DNA of 36,573 nt, taken from IMG/VR virus record IMGVR_UViG_3300003375_000071, positions 1 to 36,573 of that record. The stretch is one strand, 5' to 3'. Shown here piece after piece: positions 27,390 to 36,201 of this stretch. This DNA is from a virus (lineage: Duplodnaviria; Caudoviricetes). Position numbers and translations under genes: made by a program. Under the pieces are notes generated by a model. That model ran no database searches and was not told the origin of the DNA. It saw only the letters and a program-made list of their open reading frames with translations. How positions within the stretch are numbered: the first letter of the stretch is position 1; every line of letters begins with the position of its first letter.

Positions 27390-27521
27390 TTAATGTTTAA
27401 ACTTTCTTTCTATCCACTCGAATATTGAAATGCCGATAATGAATACTGTGAATATTACTGCGATGCACATCACTATTGACATCATCGTTGATTGTGGGCT
27501 TTGTTGGTAGAGTGTTTCCAT
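27390..27521 (-). CDS. Small single-TM protein (43 aa)
   Basis: METLYQQSPQSTMMSIVMCIAVIFTVFIIGISIFEWIERKFKH; fills the gap between neighbours; not in the ORF track. Confidence 0.6.
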   Translation of the reverse strand: METLYQQSPQSTMMSIVMCIAVIFTVFIIGISIFEWIERKFKH

Positions 27522-27524
27522 TGG

Positions 27525-27821
27525 TTAAAAGATAAATAGTGGTTCGAGTGGATTAAAATATTCTTTAGGCTTGCGACCCATTTTTTTGCGAGCCTTTTCA
27601 ATTCCCAATATGCGGTACCTGGATGCACCGATGTGCTGAATGAATCGCTTGTTTTTTAAAAAGGCAATACGTTGGCTTAAATTTGACGAGGTGAGGTTTA
27701 TTCCTTGTTCGAGCATGAAACTCTTTATCTCATGCAAAGACGCTCCTAAAGGCTTTGTTTCAAGAAATTTCAGTATTAACTTTTGATTTTCGACATTCTC
27801 GAACTTTGTGTATGTTCCCAT
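27525..27821 (-). CDS. Winged-helix DNA-binding protein
   Basis: ILKFL......SLHEI.....LSQRIAFLK....I.......YRI wHTH pattern and basic GRKPK tail. Confidence 0.6.
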   Translation of the reverse strand: MGTYTKFENVENQKLILKFLETKPLGASLHEIKSFMLEQGINLTSSNLSQRIAFLKNKRFIQHIGASRYRILGIEKARKKMGRKPKEYFNPLEPLFIF

Positions 27822-27825
27822 GCGC

Positions 27826-28095
27826 TTATTTGTTAAGTTTTGAATACTTTGCCGAAGGTTTATATTCCCCTTGCATTATCTTTTCACGGATGCTGACTAT
27901 ATCATCCTCGGTTATATGCCATCTGTTATTAATCTTGTATGAAGATTTCAGAAGGCCGGCACGCTTCATGTTCAGGATGCATATAAAAACCGAATTGGCT
28001 TTGTAGATCAATCCCATGCGTTCCAGGGCTTCCTGGGGGCGAAATATTTGCCTGGATATTTGGCTTTGGTTTAATGTTAAGGTTGCTGTTTCCAT
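27826..28095 (-). CDS. Excisionase-like/HTH DNA-binding protein
   Basis: F.PQEA......GLLKS.KINNRWHI..DDI pattern of MerR/Xis-type HTH proteins. Confidence 0.6.
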   Translation of the reverse strand: METATLTLNQSQISRQIFRPQEALERMGLIYKANSVFICILNMKRAGLLKSSYKINNRWHITEDDIVSIREKIMQGEYKPSAKYSKLNK

Positions 28096-28103
28096 TGAAA
28101 TTA

Positions 28104-28892
28104 TTATTTGGTGGTGCTTGTTAATTGTTCGTGCTTAAATTTTCTGAACTCCTCGAAATCCATTTGCTTACCGTTGACTTCCACAAAGCGAACCAACGCT
28201 CCATCTTTCATGGTCAGTTTATCCCATTGTTTGAAAATTTCTTGATCAAGCGAATAGGTTGGGTTTGCTTTGGGTTTGCTTTGGGTTAGGGGTTGGGTTT
28301 CGTTTGGGTTGGGGGTTGGGTTTGTCTTGGCAGCAACTTCTCTTAAAACTTTTGCAATTGGCGAATTTTCGATGCTCAATATCCCACTTAAGTTCTTGGC
28401 GAGTTCTAATTTTTCCGAGTGATAGCGGTTGGCAAGTTCATGTTCCATTTCCTCGAATTGGATCTCCTGGTACTCACGGATCCATCCGCAGATCACTTGC
28501 ACATCGAGGCGGTCGTAGATCTTGCCAAATCGACCCGAAAGAACGTATTGGAAGCATTTTTTAATCGCTGCGAGCTTCATTGTTGGAAACGTTGCCAAAA
28601 TGATTTCTGATGCCCTTCCAACCTGTTCAGGGCTCATGTTTTTGCCGATGTTTAGATCAAGCACAAGTTCGTTGATCAGGTCAAAAACAAATGCTTTGGC
28701 AGCATCGTGGCCCATTATGGTTTTGATTTTAACCAGGCTGGGTGACCCCTGCTGCATCTGCACTTGTGCAGGACTGAGGTGGCTGCAGGTTTGCAAGGTA
28801 TTGCTTAGTTGCTGCTGCAAAGCTTTCCATGCGTGCTCTGTTGTCAGCTGCGTTGTTTGTTTTGCGGTAGTTGTAAGGCTTGTTTGTTGCAT
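28104..28892 (-). CDS. Replication-associated protein downstream of the initiator (possible helicase loader; start uncertain)
   Basis: G.FGK.YDRLD...I..W..EY motif; overlaps the initiator 3' end; an alternative ATG lies at 28757. Confidence 0.65.
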   Translation of the reverse strand: MQQTSLTTTAKQTTQLTTEHAWKALQQQLSNTLQTCSHLSPAQVQMQQGSPSLVKIKTIMGHDAAKAFVFDLINELVLDLNIGKNMSPEQVGRASEIILATFPTMKLAAIKKCFQYVLSGRFGKIYDRLDVQVICGWIREYQEIQFEEMEHELANRYHSEKLELAKNLSGILSIENSPIAKVLREVAAKTNPTPNPNETQPLTQSKPKANPTYSLDQEIFKQWDKLTMKDGALVRFVEVNGKQMDFEEFRKFKHEQLTSTTK

Positions 28893-29634
28893 TGGCTAAA
28901 TTTTTTTCTTGGTTGGCGTCTTGTTTTTCTTTTTCGAGCAGTCGGTCTTTGACCCATCCGCTCATCAGGATTGCATAATCGCTTGCGTAGTGCTTGTCAT
29001 TGGCGAGCTTGTAGGTGCCAAGGGTATCGACCATCCAGTCAAGCTGAGGGCCGGTGAATAACTCCCTGAGCCGAGTGAGCTCTTGCGCCCTGAGGTAAAC
29101 ATTGGCGTGAAGGCCAAAAGCTGTTTTTCCCCTGGGTGGGTGGTCAGTTGTTTTTTCCCCCACACCCCCTTTTTCTTTTTTTTCATTTTCTATTTCATTT
29201 TCATTTTCTATTTCATTTTCTAAAAGGGTTTCGTTTGGGTTAACCCAAATTGAACCCGTGGGTTTGCTTTGGGTTAAGGGTTGGGTTTCGTTTGGGTTAA
29301 GGGTTGGGTTAAGGGTTGGGTTAAGGGTTGGGTTTTTTTTGCGTCCCCCAAGCTTTCCAATTTCGCGTTGCTTTTCGACAAAATTTTCTCGCTTTTCAAC
29401 TTCAATTTTTAATCGCTCATTGGTGTAATTTCCATTTTCATCCTTTGAAAATTTCGCCAAAACATCGTCTGAAACTTTTCCAACCGACAATCTAATCGAC
29501 TTTTCATTAAGCGAACCTTTCTGATGTTGAAGGCATAATAAGGTTATATATTGCCCTCTTTCCTCCATGGTCAAGTCGGTAACACCGCTTAAGAAATCAG
29601 ATGAATAAAATAAAAATGCAGGTGCTGTTGCCAT
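28729..29634 (-). CDS. Replication initiator (YdaU/DUF1376-like N-terminus)
   Basis: PAFLFY..DFL.G...LT.EERG.YI.LL..Q N-terminus, internal iteron-like repeats, ENENE linker, C-terminal Y..DY....W domain. Confidence 0.8.
   Translation of the reverse strand: MATAPAFLFYSSDFLSGVTDLTMEERGQYITLLCLQHQKGSLNEKSIRLSVGKVSDDVLAKFSKDENGNYTNERLKIEVEKRENFVEKQREIGKLGGRKKNPTLNPTLNPTLNPNETQPLTQSKPTGSIWVNPNETLLENEIENENEIENEKKEKGGVGEKTTDHPPRGKTAFGLHANVYLRAQELTRLRELFTGPQLDWMVDTLGTYKLANDKHYASDYAILMSGWVKDRLLEKEKQDANQEKNLANATNKPYNYRKTNNAADNRARMESFAAATKQYLANLQPPQSCTSADAAGVTQPG
29224..29335. repeat. Iteron-like repeats (putative replication origin) within the initiator gene
   Basis: Tandem 12-mers GGGTTAAGGGTT, GGGTTTCGTTTGGGTT x2 and palindrome TTTGGGTTAACCCAAA, adjacent to an AT-rich tract. 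Confidence 0.8.
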
Positions 29635-29637
29635 AAT

Positions 29638-30009
29638 TCAAATATTTATTGTTGTTTGTCTGCGATTTAAAACCGATTCAAGACCTTTTGCTGCTGCTTG
29701 TATGGCTGCTGCCCTTTGCTTTAAGGATTCGATATTTTGAGCGATCTCATTGCGGTTTGATGAGTAATAGTATCCTTTATTATTGGCCAATATCGGATGG
29801 CCATTTTGCCTCATATAATTGACGAGCTTGCGCACCTTTGACGGTGAAATGTCATAGCCTCTCTCCTTCATAGTAGAAGTTATGGTGCGCTCAGGTATAG
29901 CCAGTTGAGCACAGTAATATCTCTTTTTAAAATTGGCACACATCTTCTCTGCCAATGCCTTTTCGGCATCGGTCAGAGGTTGTGTATGAAGTTCAAAATT
30001 TGTTATCAC
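29638..30009 (-). CDS. Winged-helix phage protein
   Basis: VRKLVNYMRQNG.PI.AN.KGYY pattern. Confidence 0.7.
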   Translation of the reverse strand: MITNFELHTQPLTDAEKALAEKMCANFKKRYYCAQLAIPERTITSTMKERGYDISPSKVRKLVNYMRQNGHPILANNKGYYYSSNRNEIAQNIESLKQRAAAIQAAAKGLESVLNRRQTTINI

Positions 30010-30020
30010 GGTGGTAATTA

Positions 30021-30821
30021 TTACAGCGTTTGTGCAGTTTCGTTTTTACCAAAAAGATTGGCATTCATCCATTCTCTGCATTCATCGACACGATCTTTCA
30101 TCTTGCCGATCAGAGCTGCATCCTTCTCAAAATGAAATTCAACTACCCTTTCTTTCATCGGGATGTCGTAAACCCAATCTTTAGAATGTAGGTCAAAGCG
30201 GGGATTGTCATTTTTAAACTGCTCCATGTCAAAAATCATGTTGCGTTCAATGGCCTCCATCTGAGAAATGTATTTTGGATCTTCCAGGTCAGGGCAGTTC
30301 ATTTCGTAAAACATCTTCTCTTTTTCACGCGTGATGAGGTTAGCAGGTGCATTAACTAAGCAATAAGCGACTATATGTTTTGTTGCGCCAGTGAGGTCCA
30401 TGTAGCAGTTGCCTTGTAACTTGTAAGCTTCATCTGCCTTGTCAACCATGGGGTGAGGAAATGAATCGAGAGACCAGGAGCATTTTATATCAATTGTAGT
30501 ATTGCCATGCTTAAGGTCAAATTCCCCTGAAAAATATTGATTAGTAAGCCTTTCTGAATTCTTGAAAAAAGGCAACTTCTTCACTCGGCTGTATAAGGTG
30601 ATGGCATCTTCTTCCATCTTTATACCCTTTTCTGTGTATTTATTGGTGAAGAAGTAGTAACGGTTGTAGCGAATCTCACGAAACATCTTGATAAGCTTCT
30701 TTTTGCAAGTGAGTGAATTTTCCACGTTCCAACCCTTGCCGGTACCGCTCATGATGTCTGCCATGCCTGATGGACGGAAAAGTATTTCGTTTGCGTTTGT
30801 GATATTCAGTTGAGTGCTCAT
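30021..30821 (-). CDS. PD-(D/E)XK exonuclease (YqaJ/lambda-exo-like)
   Basis: KG...E..AI, SGEFD, IDIKCSW and Y.LQ...YM motifs; in the RecT operon. Confidence 0.82.
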   Translation of the reverse strand: MSTQLNITNANEILFRPSGMADIMSGTGKGWNVENSLTCKKKLIKMFREIRYNRYYFFTNKYTEKGIKMEEDAITLYSRVKKLPFFKNSERLTNQYFSGEFDLKHGNTTIDIKCSWSLDSFPHPMVDKADEAYKLQGNCYMDLTGATKHIVAYCLVNAPANLITREKEKMFYEMNCPDLEDPKYISQMEAIERNMIFDMEQFKNDNPRFDLHSKDWVYDIPMKERVVEFHFEKDAALIGKMKDRVDECREWMNANLFGKNETAQTL

Positions 30822-32044
30822 AGGTCGTTTGAATTGATGGTTAAATAATTCTTAAGGTCATTGATGCGGCTCTTGGCTTCAAAAACAATCTTGCGAGCCT
30901 TTGGATCTGTTAACTCCGGAAACTGGATAGCTGAAAGCGTATCAATTAGAAATCCGATTCTCTCTTTGTCAGCGTTGATGTACTCAGTCTTGGTGTCGGC
31001 AGGGGCGAAATCCAATTCTTTGGGTTCAGCCTTGGTGATTGGGTCCTCAACAATTGCTTTAGGGGCAGTGGCTTGCATCGCCTCGGCCTCTTTCTTTTCC
31101 TTTTGCTTTTGAACTTGTTCCTTCAAAAATTCAATATGCTTTTCAAATGCAGCATCGTCACGGCTCATGATGTCTGCATCGGTCAGCTGCAATCTGCCAA
31201 GAACAATGCAGTAGCCGGCATCATGAAATCCAACTTGGAGATATTGTGCTTTGCGAGCTTCAAGGATGTCTTTATGTAGCTTTTGCAATGCCTCTTTTTT
31301 TTCTTGTTCCTCGATGCGTCTCAGCTTTTCTTCTTGCTCCCTGATCGTAGCCTCCATCTCCTTTCGTTTGGCTTCCATCTCTGCTTTTTGGCGTTGAAAC
31401 TCCTCAACTTCTTTGCGTTGGCGCTCCATTTCTTGCTCGTGGGCAATCTTTGCAGCCCTCTCCGCTTCAATACGAGCGTTCTCAGCCACAAACTTTGCCC
31501 TTGCATCTTCTAACACCTCTGCAAATTCGTTCTTGCCGTAGGATCTATCTTCAAGACTGAATCCCACCTGGCCGTAAAGGAACTGAGTGCCCATGCCACG
31601 CACGTCTGAAACTATTTTGAATCCGATTGCTTCAATGGCACGTTTGCGCTCGTTATGCTTTTCGGCTTCTATGCGTTCTTTCTCCTGGTCTATTCTCAAT
31701 TCTTCTGATTCCAGGTGTTGTTCGATGGTTACCACCTTGGCGACAAGTTCTTTTTCAAATGCAAGGTTTTCTTTGATGTAGGCATTTGCTTTGTCGCGGT
31801 CTTGTTTGCAATAAGCCACGATGCCTGTGCGTGTCTTCTTAACTACTTGGCGAGCCTTATAGACTGCCTCGTAGCCTTCTTTGTCCTCTACTCCATTGAT
31901 GGTAAGGGGTAGGTACTTGTTGCGTAATTCGGTGATGGCAGTTTCTGCCAAACCTTTCTTTTCAAGGTCAGCTATTAGTCGCTCCCTGAGAGTAAGTTCC
32001 CCCGTATGGGGAACTGCCTGCGTGATGGTTGTTGTTGTTTCCAT
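30818..32044 (-). CDS. Coiled-coil protein of the recombination module
   Basis: 408 aa, long E/K/R-rich helices, between recT and the exonuclease. Confidence 0.75.
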   Translation of the reverse strand: METTTTITQAVPHTGELTLRERLIADLEKKGLAETAITELRNKYLPLTINGVEDKEGYEAVYKARQVVKKTRTGIVAYCKQDRDKANAYIKENLAFEKELVAKVVTIEQHLESEELRIDQEKERIEAEKHNERKRAIEAIGFKIVSDVRGMGTQFLYGQVGFSLEDRSYGKNEFAEVLEDARAKFVAENARIEAERAAKIAHEQEMERQRKEVEEFQRQKAEMEAKRKEMEATIREQEEKLRRIEEQEKKEALQKLHKDILEARKAQYLQVGFHDAGYCIVLGRLQLTDADIMSRDDAAFEKHIEFLKEQVQKQKEKKEAEAMQATAPKAIVEDPITKAEPKELDFAPADTKTEYINADKERIGFLIDTLSAIQFPELTDPKARKIVFEAKSRINDLKNYLTINSNDL

Positions 32045-32073
32045 GGTTTTTGGTGGTTTTTGGTGGTGATTGT

Positions 32074-32973
32074 TTATTTTTTGTTGTTCAATTTGCTTTC
32101 AATTGCAGCCTTCTGTGCTTCGTAGTGGTGTGCTTCAATTTCGGGATAGGTGCCCATTAGTAATTCCAAGTCATCAATTGTCTCGCAGTCCTTAAGCATC
32201 AGCAGGATGCGTTCGGCTTCTTTGTCAACGACAACTTCCTCATGGTCAACGTAGGTTACCTTATCGCCTGATTCGTCCTCAATAACGGCTTGGTCAATGA
32301 CGGTGGCCTTTTGCATCTCAATAGACATTGGAGCATACTTACTGATCAGAAGCTTAAGCACTGTCTTTTGTGCCATTGCTTCAAAGTCGGTTTTCCATAA
32401 GCCATCCTTAAACGTCTTAGAGTATTTTGAACCATGCTTCTGAACTTCGTCCGCAGTCATGTAAAAGGTCTTTTCAAAGCCAGTGATCAGTGAGAAGTAA
32501 GCAGCAAACCCGATAATCTTTTCAGAGCTTTTTTTGGTGAAATCGAATACAAAGCCTGTCAGGGGGTTAGTCTCTACCAGTTGCCCTTCAAATATTGTCG
32601 CTACCGATATGGTTTTAAATTGTCCACTCCTTTGAGCGAGCTGCACGAAACCTTTGTAGCCGAGTTGGAACTGAGCAGCCTTTTTGAAGGAGCCGTCCTT
32701 TTGGCGCACGTTGTAGGGAACGATGTAGGCGTAGCCAAGGTTGTTGTTCAGGGGTAGGTCGAGGGTGGCAGCCATTGCAGCAGCATTGTAGATGCTTGCA
32801 GGGTCAGCCTCTCTGAGTTTATCAGAAGACGCTACAATTTGTAGTACTGAGGTGATAAAGCCCTGGGCTTTTTTACCAAGCATTTCCTCGAAACGTTTTT
32901 TAACGTCGTCACGGCTGAATAGATCCTTAGTGGTGAGTTGCTTTTGTGTTAATACTTGCGTTGTTGTTTCCAT
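32074..32973 (-). CDS. recT: RecT-family single-strand annealing protein
   Basis: AATLDLP....LGYAYIVPY, AQFQLGYKG.VQLAQRSGQ and W..DFEAMA.KTV.K motifs. Confidence 0.95.
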   Translation of the reverse strand: METTTQVLTQKQLTTKDLFSRDDVKKRFEEMLGKKAQGFITSVLQIVASSDKLREADPASIYNAAAMAATLDLPLNNNLGYAYIVPYNVRQKDGSFKKAAQFQLGYKGFVQLAQRSGQFKTISVATIFEGQLVETNPLTGFVFDFTKKSSEKIIGFAAYFSLITGFEKTFYMTADEVQKHGSKYSKTFKDGLWKTDFEAMAQKTVLKLLISKYAPMSIEMQKATVIDQAVIEDESGDKVTYVDHEEVVVDKEAERILLMLKDCETIDDLELLMGTYPEIEAHHYEAQKAAIESKLNNKK

Positions 32974-33003
32974 TTTTTTGTTTGTTGTTTAGGTTTATTG
33001 ATT

Positions 33004-33336
33004 TTATATTACATTTACACTCGGTGATTGTTCTGAACGCCCCCACGCTTGTTGTTTCCAAGGGGGCGTTCTCTTTTTATCCAGGTTATCTTTGAGGGTG
33101 ATTGCTTGTTGAATATTTTCGTTGTGGGCAAAATTCCTTTGGGATGACATTATTTCATTCCACATAGAGGTGAATAGTTCTAATCCTTTTTCGGTACCTC
33201 TTACTTGAAACTCAGTCCATGTGCTCAATGTTTCTATTTTGTCGTAGTTGACAATAGTCATGTTGCTCATGCTATGAAGAAGATGCCATTTGAAAATGGA
33301 CAAATCTGAATTGTATATGGCGAATGTCTTGGGCAT
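33004..33336 (-). CDS. Hypothetical protein
   Basis: 110-aa ORF tightly packed in the early operon. Confidence 0.65.
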   Translation of the reverse strand: MPKTFAIYNSDLSIFKWHLLHSMSNMTIVNYDKIETLSTWTEFQVRGTEKGLELFTSMWNEIMSSQRNFAHNENIQQAITLKDNLDKKRTPPWKQQAWGRSEQSPSVNVI

Positions 33337-33342
33337 GGTAGT

Positions 33343-33588
33343 TTATAGGCTGAATGATTCTTCACGTTGTTTTTCCAATTCAGCCACACACGCCTCAATC
33401 ATTTCTTGTTTGATGTCTCGATCCAACATCATGAAATCTATCGGCTCGCCTGATTCAGTTTCTTTGACTGCCTTCAAATGGATGTCTAAGCGTTCTTCGC
33501 ATCCAGGGTATTCCAAAGTAGCTTTCTCGAATGGTTGAAATTCGTAGTCGAACACAATAGTAAAATCTTCGTAGGTCGCTGTGTACAT
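33343..33588 (-). CDS. Hypothetical acidic phage protein
   Basis: 81 aa with P.E..T..YPG pattern; operon spacing. Confidence 0.7.
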   Translation of the reverse strand: MYTATYEDFTIVFDYEFQPFEKATLEYPGCEERLDIHLKAVKETESGEPIDFMMLDRDIKQEMIEACVAELEKQREESFSL

Positions 33589-33591
33589 GGG

Positions 33592-33861
33592 TTAGGCTTG
33601 TGGGGTTATATATTGAGCAACAAACTTTTCAGTCTCAATAATCATTTTCCGTGTATTTTCTCTTTGCGCTCTGATTATTCTTTGAGCCTCACGAACGATT
33701 ACCATATTAGCATCATTGATTTTAACTAAAGAGTTAAGCACGCAGCTTACATATTCCTTGCTGTAATTGGTGCGCTTAGCTATTTCTACTTGTGATCCAT
33801 AAGCCAACTCCTCGCGAATACGGTCTAAAGTTTCTTTTGGAATAGTTATTTGTTGTTTCAT
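33592..33861 (-). CDS. Cro-like HTH regulator
   Basis: G....IAKRT.YS..YVS.VLN HTH; divergent from the repressor. Confidence 0.8.
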   Translation of the reverse strand: MKQQITIPKETLDRIREELAYGSQVEIAKRTNYSKEYVSCVLNSLVKINDANMVIVREAQRIIRAQRENTRKMIIETEKFVAQYITPQA

Positions 33862-33979
33862 CTTTATTGCTATATTTGGACTATGTTTATATTATGATTG
33901 CTTAACGATTGTAAAACTACGGAATAGGTACGGAATTTAAAATGAAAATGCACGGAAGTTATCAACAATTTTCCTAACA
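33862..33979. promoter_or_regulatory. cro/cI divergent switch region
   Basis: TATATTTG (33871-33878, + strand, toward cI) and three YACGGAA direct repeats at 33918, 33929 and 33951. Confidence 0.6.
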
Positions 33980-34684
33980 ATGATTTATTCGGAAGAATTT
34001 ATGAAGTTTTTGGAGGCAAATAAATGGAGTATTAATTCCGTTGAAAGGCAATTGTCCGTAGGTAATGGAACGCTTCTTAAAGCTTTAAAGACCGAAACAT
34101 TTTCAAACTCTCTCGAATCAAAAATTTCTGAGATATTTCCCAATTTTTTTACTGAATTTGCTCAAAAGTCAAAGCCAAGGTTTAAATTGGGCATCTTTCA
34201 AAGAAATCCTAATTACGTTGAACCTCATCCACAACCAGTTTTTTTACGAGATGAAGCCCCAGTACCATACACCACAAAGCGTTCAAGTGGCGTACCAATA
34301 TATAACACCGACTTCACCGCTGGCGACATAGCCCAATTTGGCGATGAACCCGAAAAGGTCATAGGGCATATCGACCTCAATGGCTTTCGCAAGTGCATCG
34401 CATTCGTTTATATAAAGGGTTCATCCATGTACCCTGCCTTCGTTGCAGGCGACTTGATAGGCATTGAACCTATCTCAGATTTTGAGATAATAGAGTTCGG
34501 GCAGCCCTACGGAATAATAACAACCAACGGACAAAGGATGGTTAAAATCATCCGCAAAGGAGAGACCTCCGACATGGTGATCCTCAAATCCGTAAACCCC
34601 GAATACGACCCAATAGACTTACCCAAAAACAAAATAAGTAAACTGTTCAAAGTTCATGGACCAGTCCGTGATCAATGGCAATAA
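33980..34684 (+). CDS. CI-like repressor (HTH + S24 peptidase)
   Basis: N-terminal HTH (VERQLSVGNGTL), AG cleavage site (FTAGD), GSSMYP Ser and MVK Lys, LKS.NP.Y.PI. Confidence 0.92.
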   Translation: MIYSEEFMKFLEANKWSINSVERQLSVGNGTLLKALKTETFSNSLESKISEIFPNFFTEFAQKSKPRFKLGIFQRNPNYVEPHPQPVFLRDEAPVPYTTKRSSGVPIYNTDFTAGDIAQFGDEPEKVIGHIDLNGFRKCIAFVYIKGSSMYPAFVAGDLIGIEPISDFEIIEFGQPYGIITTNGQRMVKIIRKGETSDMVILKSVNPEYDPIDLPKNKISKLFKVHGPVRDQWQ

Positions 34685-34697
34685 CTACCTAACAATC

Positions 34698-34922
34698 ATG
34701 AAAAAACGAACTAACGCGATACTTTGGTGCGCATTCCTTGGAGGCCTTGGAGCTCATAAATTTTACCTTGGAAAGCCATTTCAAGGTGTTTTATACCTCA
34801 TTTTCTCATGGACATTTGTTCCTCTTGCTATTTCAATAATAGAATTTGTGCTTTTGGTTATCATGTCTAACGAAGATTTTGATATAAAATACAATCCCCA
34901 ATACGTTAAAGTCAGCGAATAA
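34698..34922 (+). CDS. TM2-domain membrane protein
   Basis: FLGGLGAHKFYLG....GVLYL.F.WT..P..I..IE signature; ATG 34698 preferred. Confidence 0.9.
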   Translation: MKKRTNAILWCAFLGGLGAHKFYLGKPFQGVLYLIFSWTFVPLAISIIEFVLLVIMSNEDFDIKYNPQYVKVSE

Positions 34923-34947
34923 ACCCAACCACTAACAATCACCACAA

Positions 34948-35334
34948 ATGGCAAACAAATCCGTTGACGAAATCCAAAACGAGATGTTGGCTGAACTAAT
35001 GGCCTTGGGCTCAAACCAACAAAGCACCATTTCCGAGCTCGCAGAACTTATTGATCACCACGACACCTTCCTGAAAGAAATCTTCGGTGACCCTCTCGTT
35101 CCGCCATCCCCCCTTTTACAATTTGAAGAAAAACCCGACCACACACTCCCCCCACAATTAGAGGCAAGGCTCATAAGGCTCGAAAGCAGCATCAGAAAGA
35201 TGAACGACTTTCAAATACACCAAGTGACAGTCCTCAATAAAGTAGTAGAGAGCATGGACAAAGCCTTCAAAGAGCTTTACCCACAAAAGCAAAGCCCATT
35301 CACCGAATTACGAATAGTAAGAGATGAAGAATAA
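34948..35334 (+). CDS. Hypothetical protein
   Basis: 128 aa with C-terminal coiled coil; A/C-rich leader. Confidence 0.7.
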   Translation: MANKSVDEIQNEMLAELMALGSNQQSTISELAELIDHHDTFLKEIFGDPLVPPSPLLQFEEKPDHTLPPQLEARLIRLESSIRKMNDFQIHQVTVLNKVVESMDKAFKELYPQKQSPFTELRIVRDEE

Positions 35335-35632
35335 ACCCCATCAAGGCAAAATACTTTCAGACTACCTCCATACCAAGGGGGTGAAGGTGGGGGAGTTTGC
35401 CCACGCAGTGGGGTGCACCCGCCAAAGTGCGCATCGTTGGTTCAACCAAGAAGAACTCGACAACAAAGTGAAAAAAAGACTTTTTGGACACTTTGGAATA
35501 AACACCAGACTTTTTGAACCCGACAAATTGCCGACCCAAAGCGAGCTGAATGAAATAAAAGCCGACATTAGGAAAATGAAAAGAACAATGGACCAACTCC
35601 TTAAAATAATCAACAAAGCCAATTTGGTATGA
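35324..35632 (+). CDS. XRE-family HTH regulator with C-terminal coiled coil
   Basis: H.G..L..YL..KG....EFA..VG.TRQS...WF pattern. Confidence 0.8.
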   Translation: MKNKPHQGKILSDYLHTKGVKVGEFAHAVGCTRQSAHRWFNQEELDNKVKKRLFGHFGINTRLFEPDKLPTQSELNEIKADIRKMKRTMDQLLKIINKANLV

Positions 35633-36072
35633 GAAAACTTGCAGCAATACTATTGATCGTTACTCTTTCTTTCTCGTGCAATATTCAAAGTGGTCCAGGA
35701 GCCAAATTTATTGGTCATTGGGTTATGGCAAAGGATTCTCCCAATAGGGCTGAATTAGAAGCAAGCCCAAGTAATAAGGAGCTGACTGAACTGACATTCG
35801 ATATTAAGAAAGATGGGTTGTTTTATATTGTTGATGTGCATTATCCACCAAACCATGATATTTCTAAAAACTTTGACGAAATGCACAAAAAAGATGGCTA
35901 CGTCAGCGAAGATTTTAAAATAAACCCACTCATATGCCAACTATCTCCCGATAATTCAGCGCTTATTCCCACCAATCGCCTTGTAAGAGGTGACATTGGT
36001 TGGGGCTTTGTCTATAATTCCGACAACAAATCAATCATTTTTGGGCATTTTGGGTATTATGTAAAGGATTAA
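35629..36072 (+). CDS. Lipoprotein (lipocalin-like IG.W start; possible superinfection exclusion)
   Basis: MRKLAAILLIVTLSFS|C signal peptidase II leader; end of the repressor operon. Confidence 0.75.
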   Translation: MRKLAAILLIVTLSFSCNIQSGPGAKFIGHWVMAKDSPNRAELEASPSNKELTELTFDIKKDGLFYIVDVHYPPNHDISKNFDEMHKKDGYVSEDFKINPLICQLSPDNSALIPTNRLVRGDIGWGFVYNSDNKSIIFGHFGYYVKD

Positions 36073-36201
36073 ACCAATTGCCATCAATTGTGGTGTTGGA
36101 TAGAATTGAATGTCTGCCTGATGTGCTTATAAAGTTTTCTTTTGGAGAATGCCCTCAAATATTGATCGACAACATCGAAGCAATGATTGAACAAAATAAT
36201 C

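Noticed and set aside
30021-30821. Cas4 or CRISPR-associated nuclease
   Set aside because: No array or cas genes are present; the RecT-operon context favours a recombination exonuclease.
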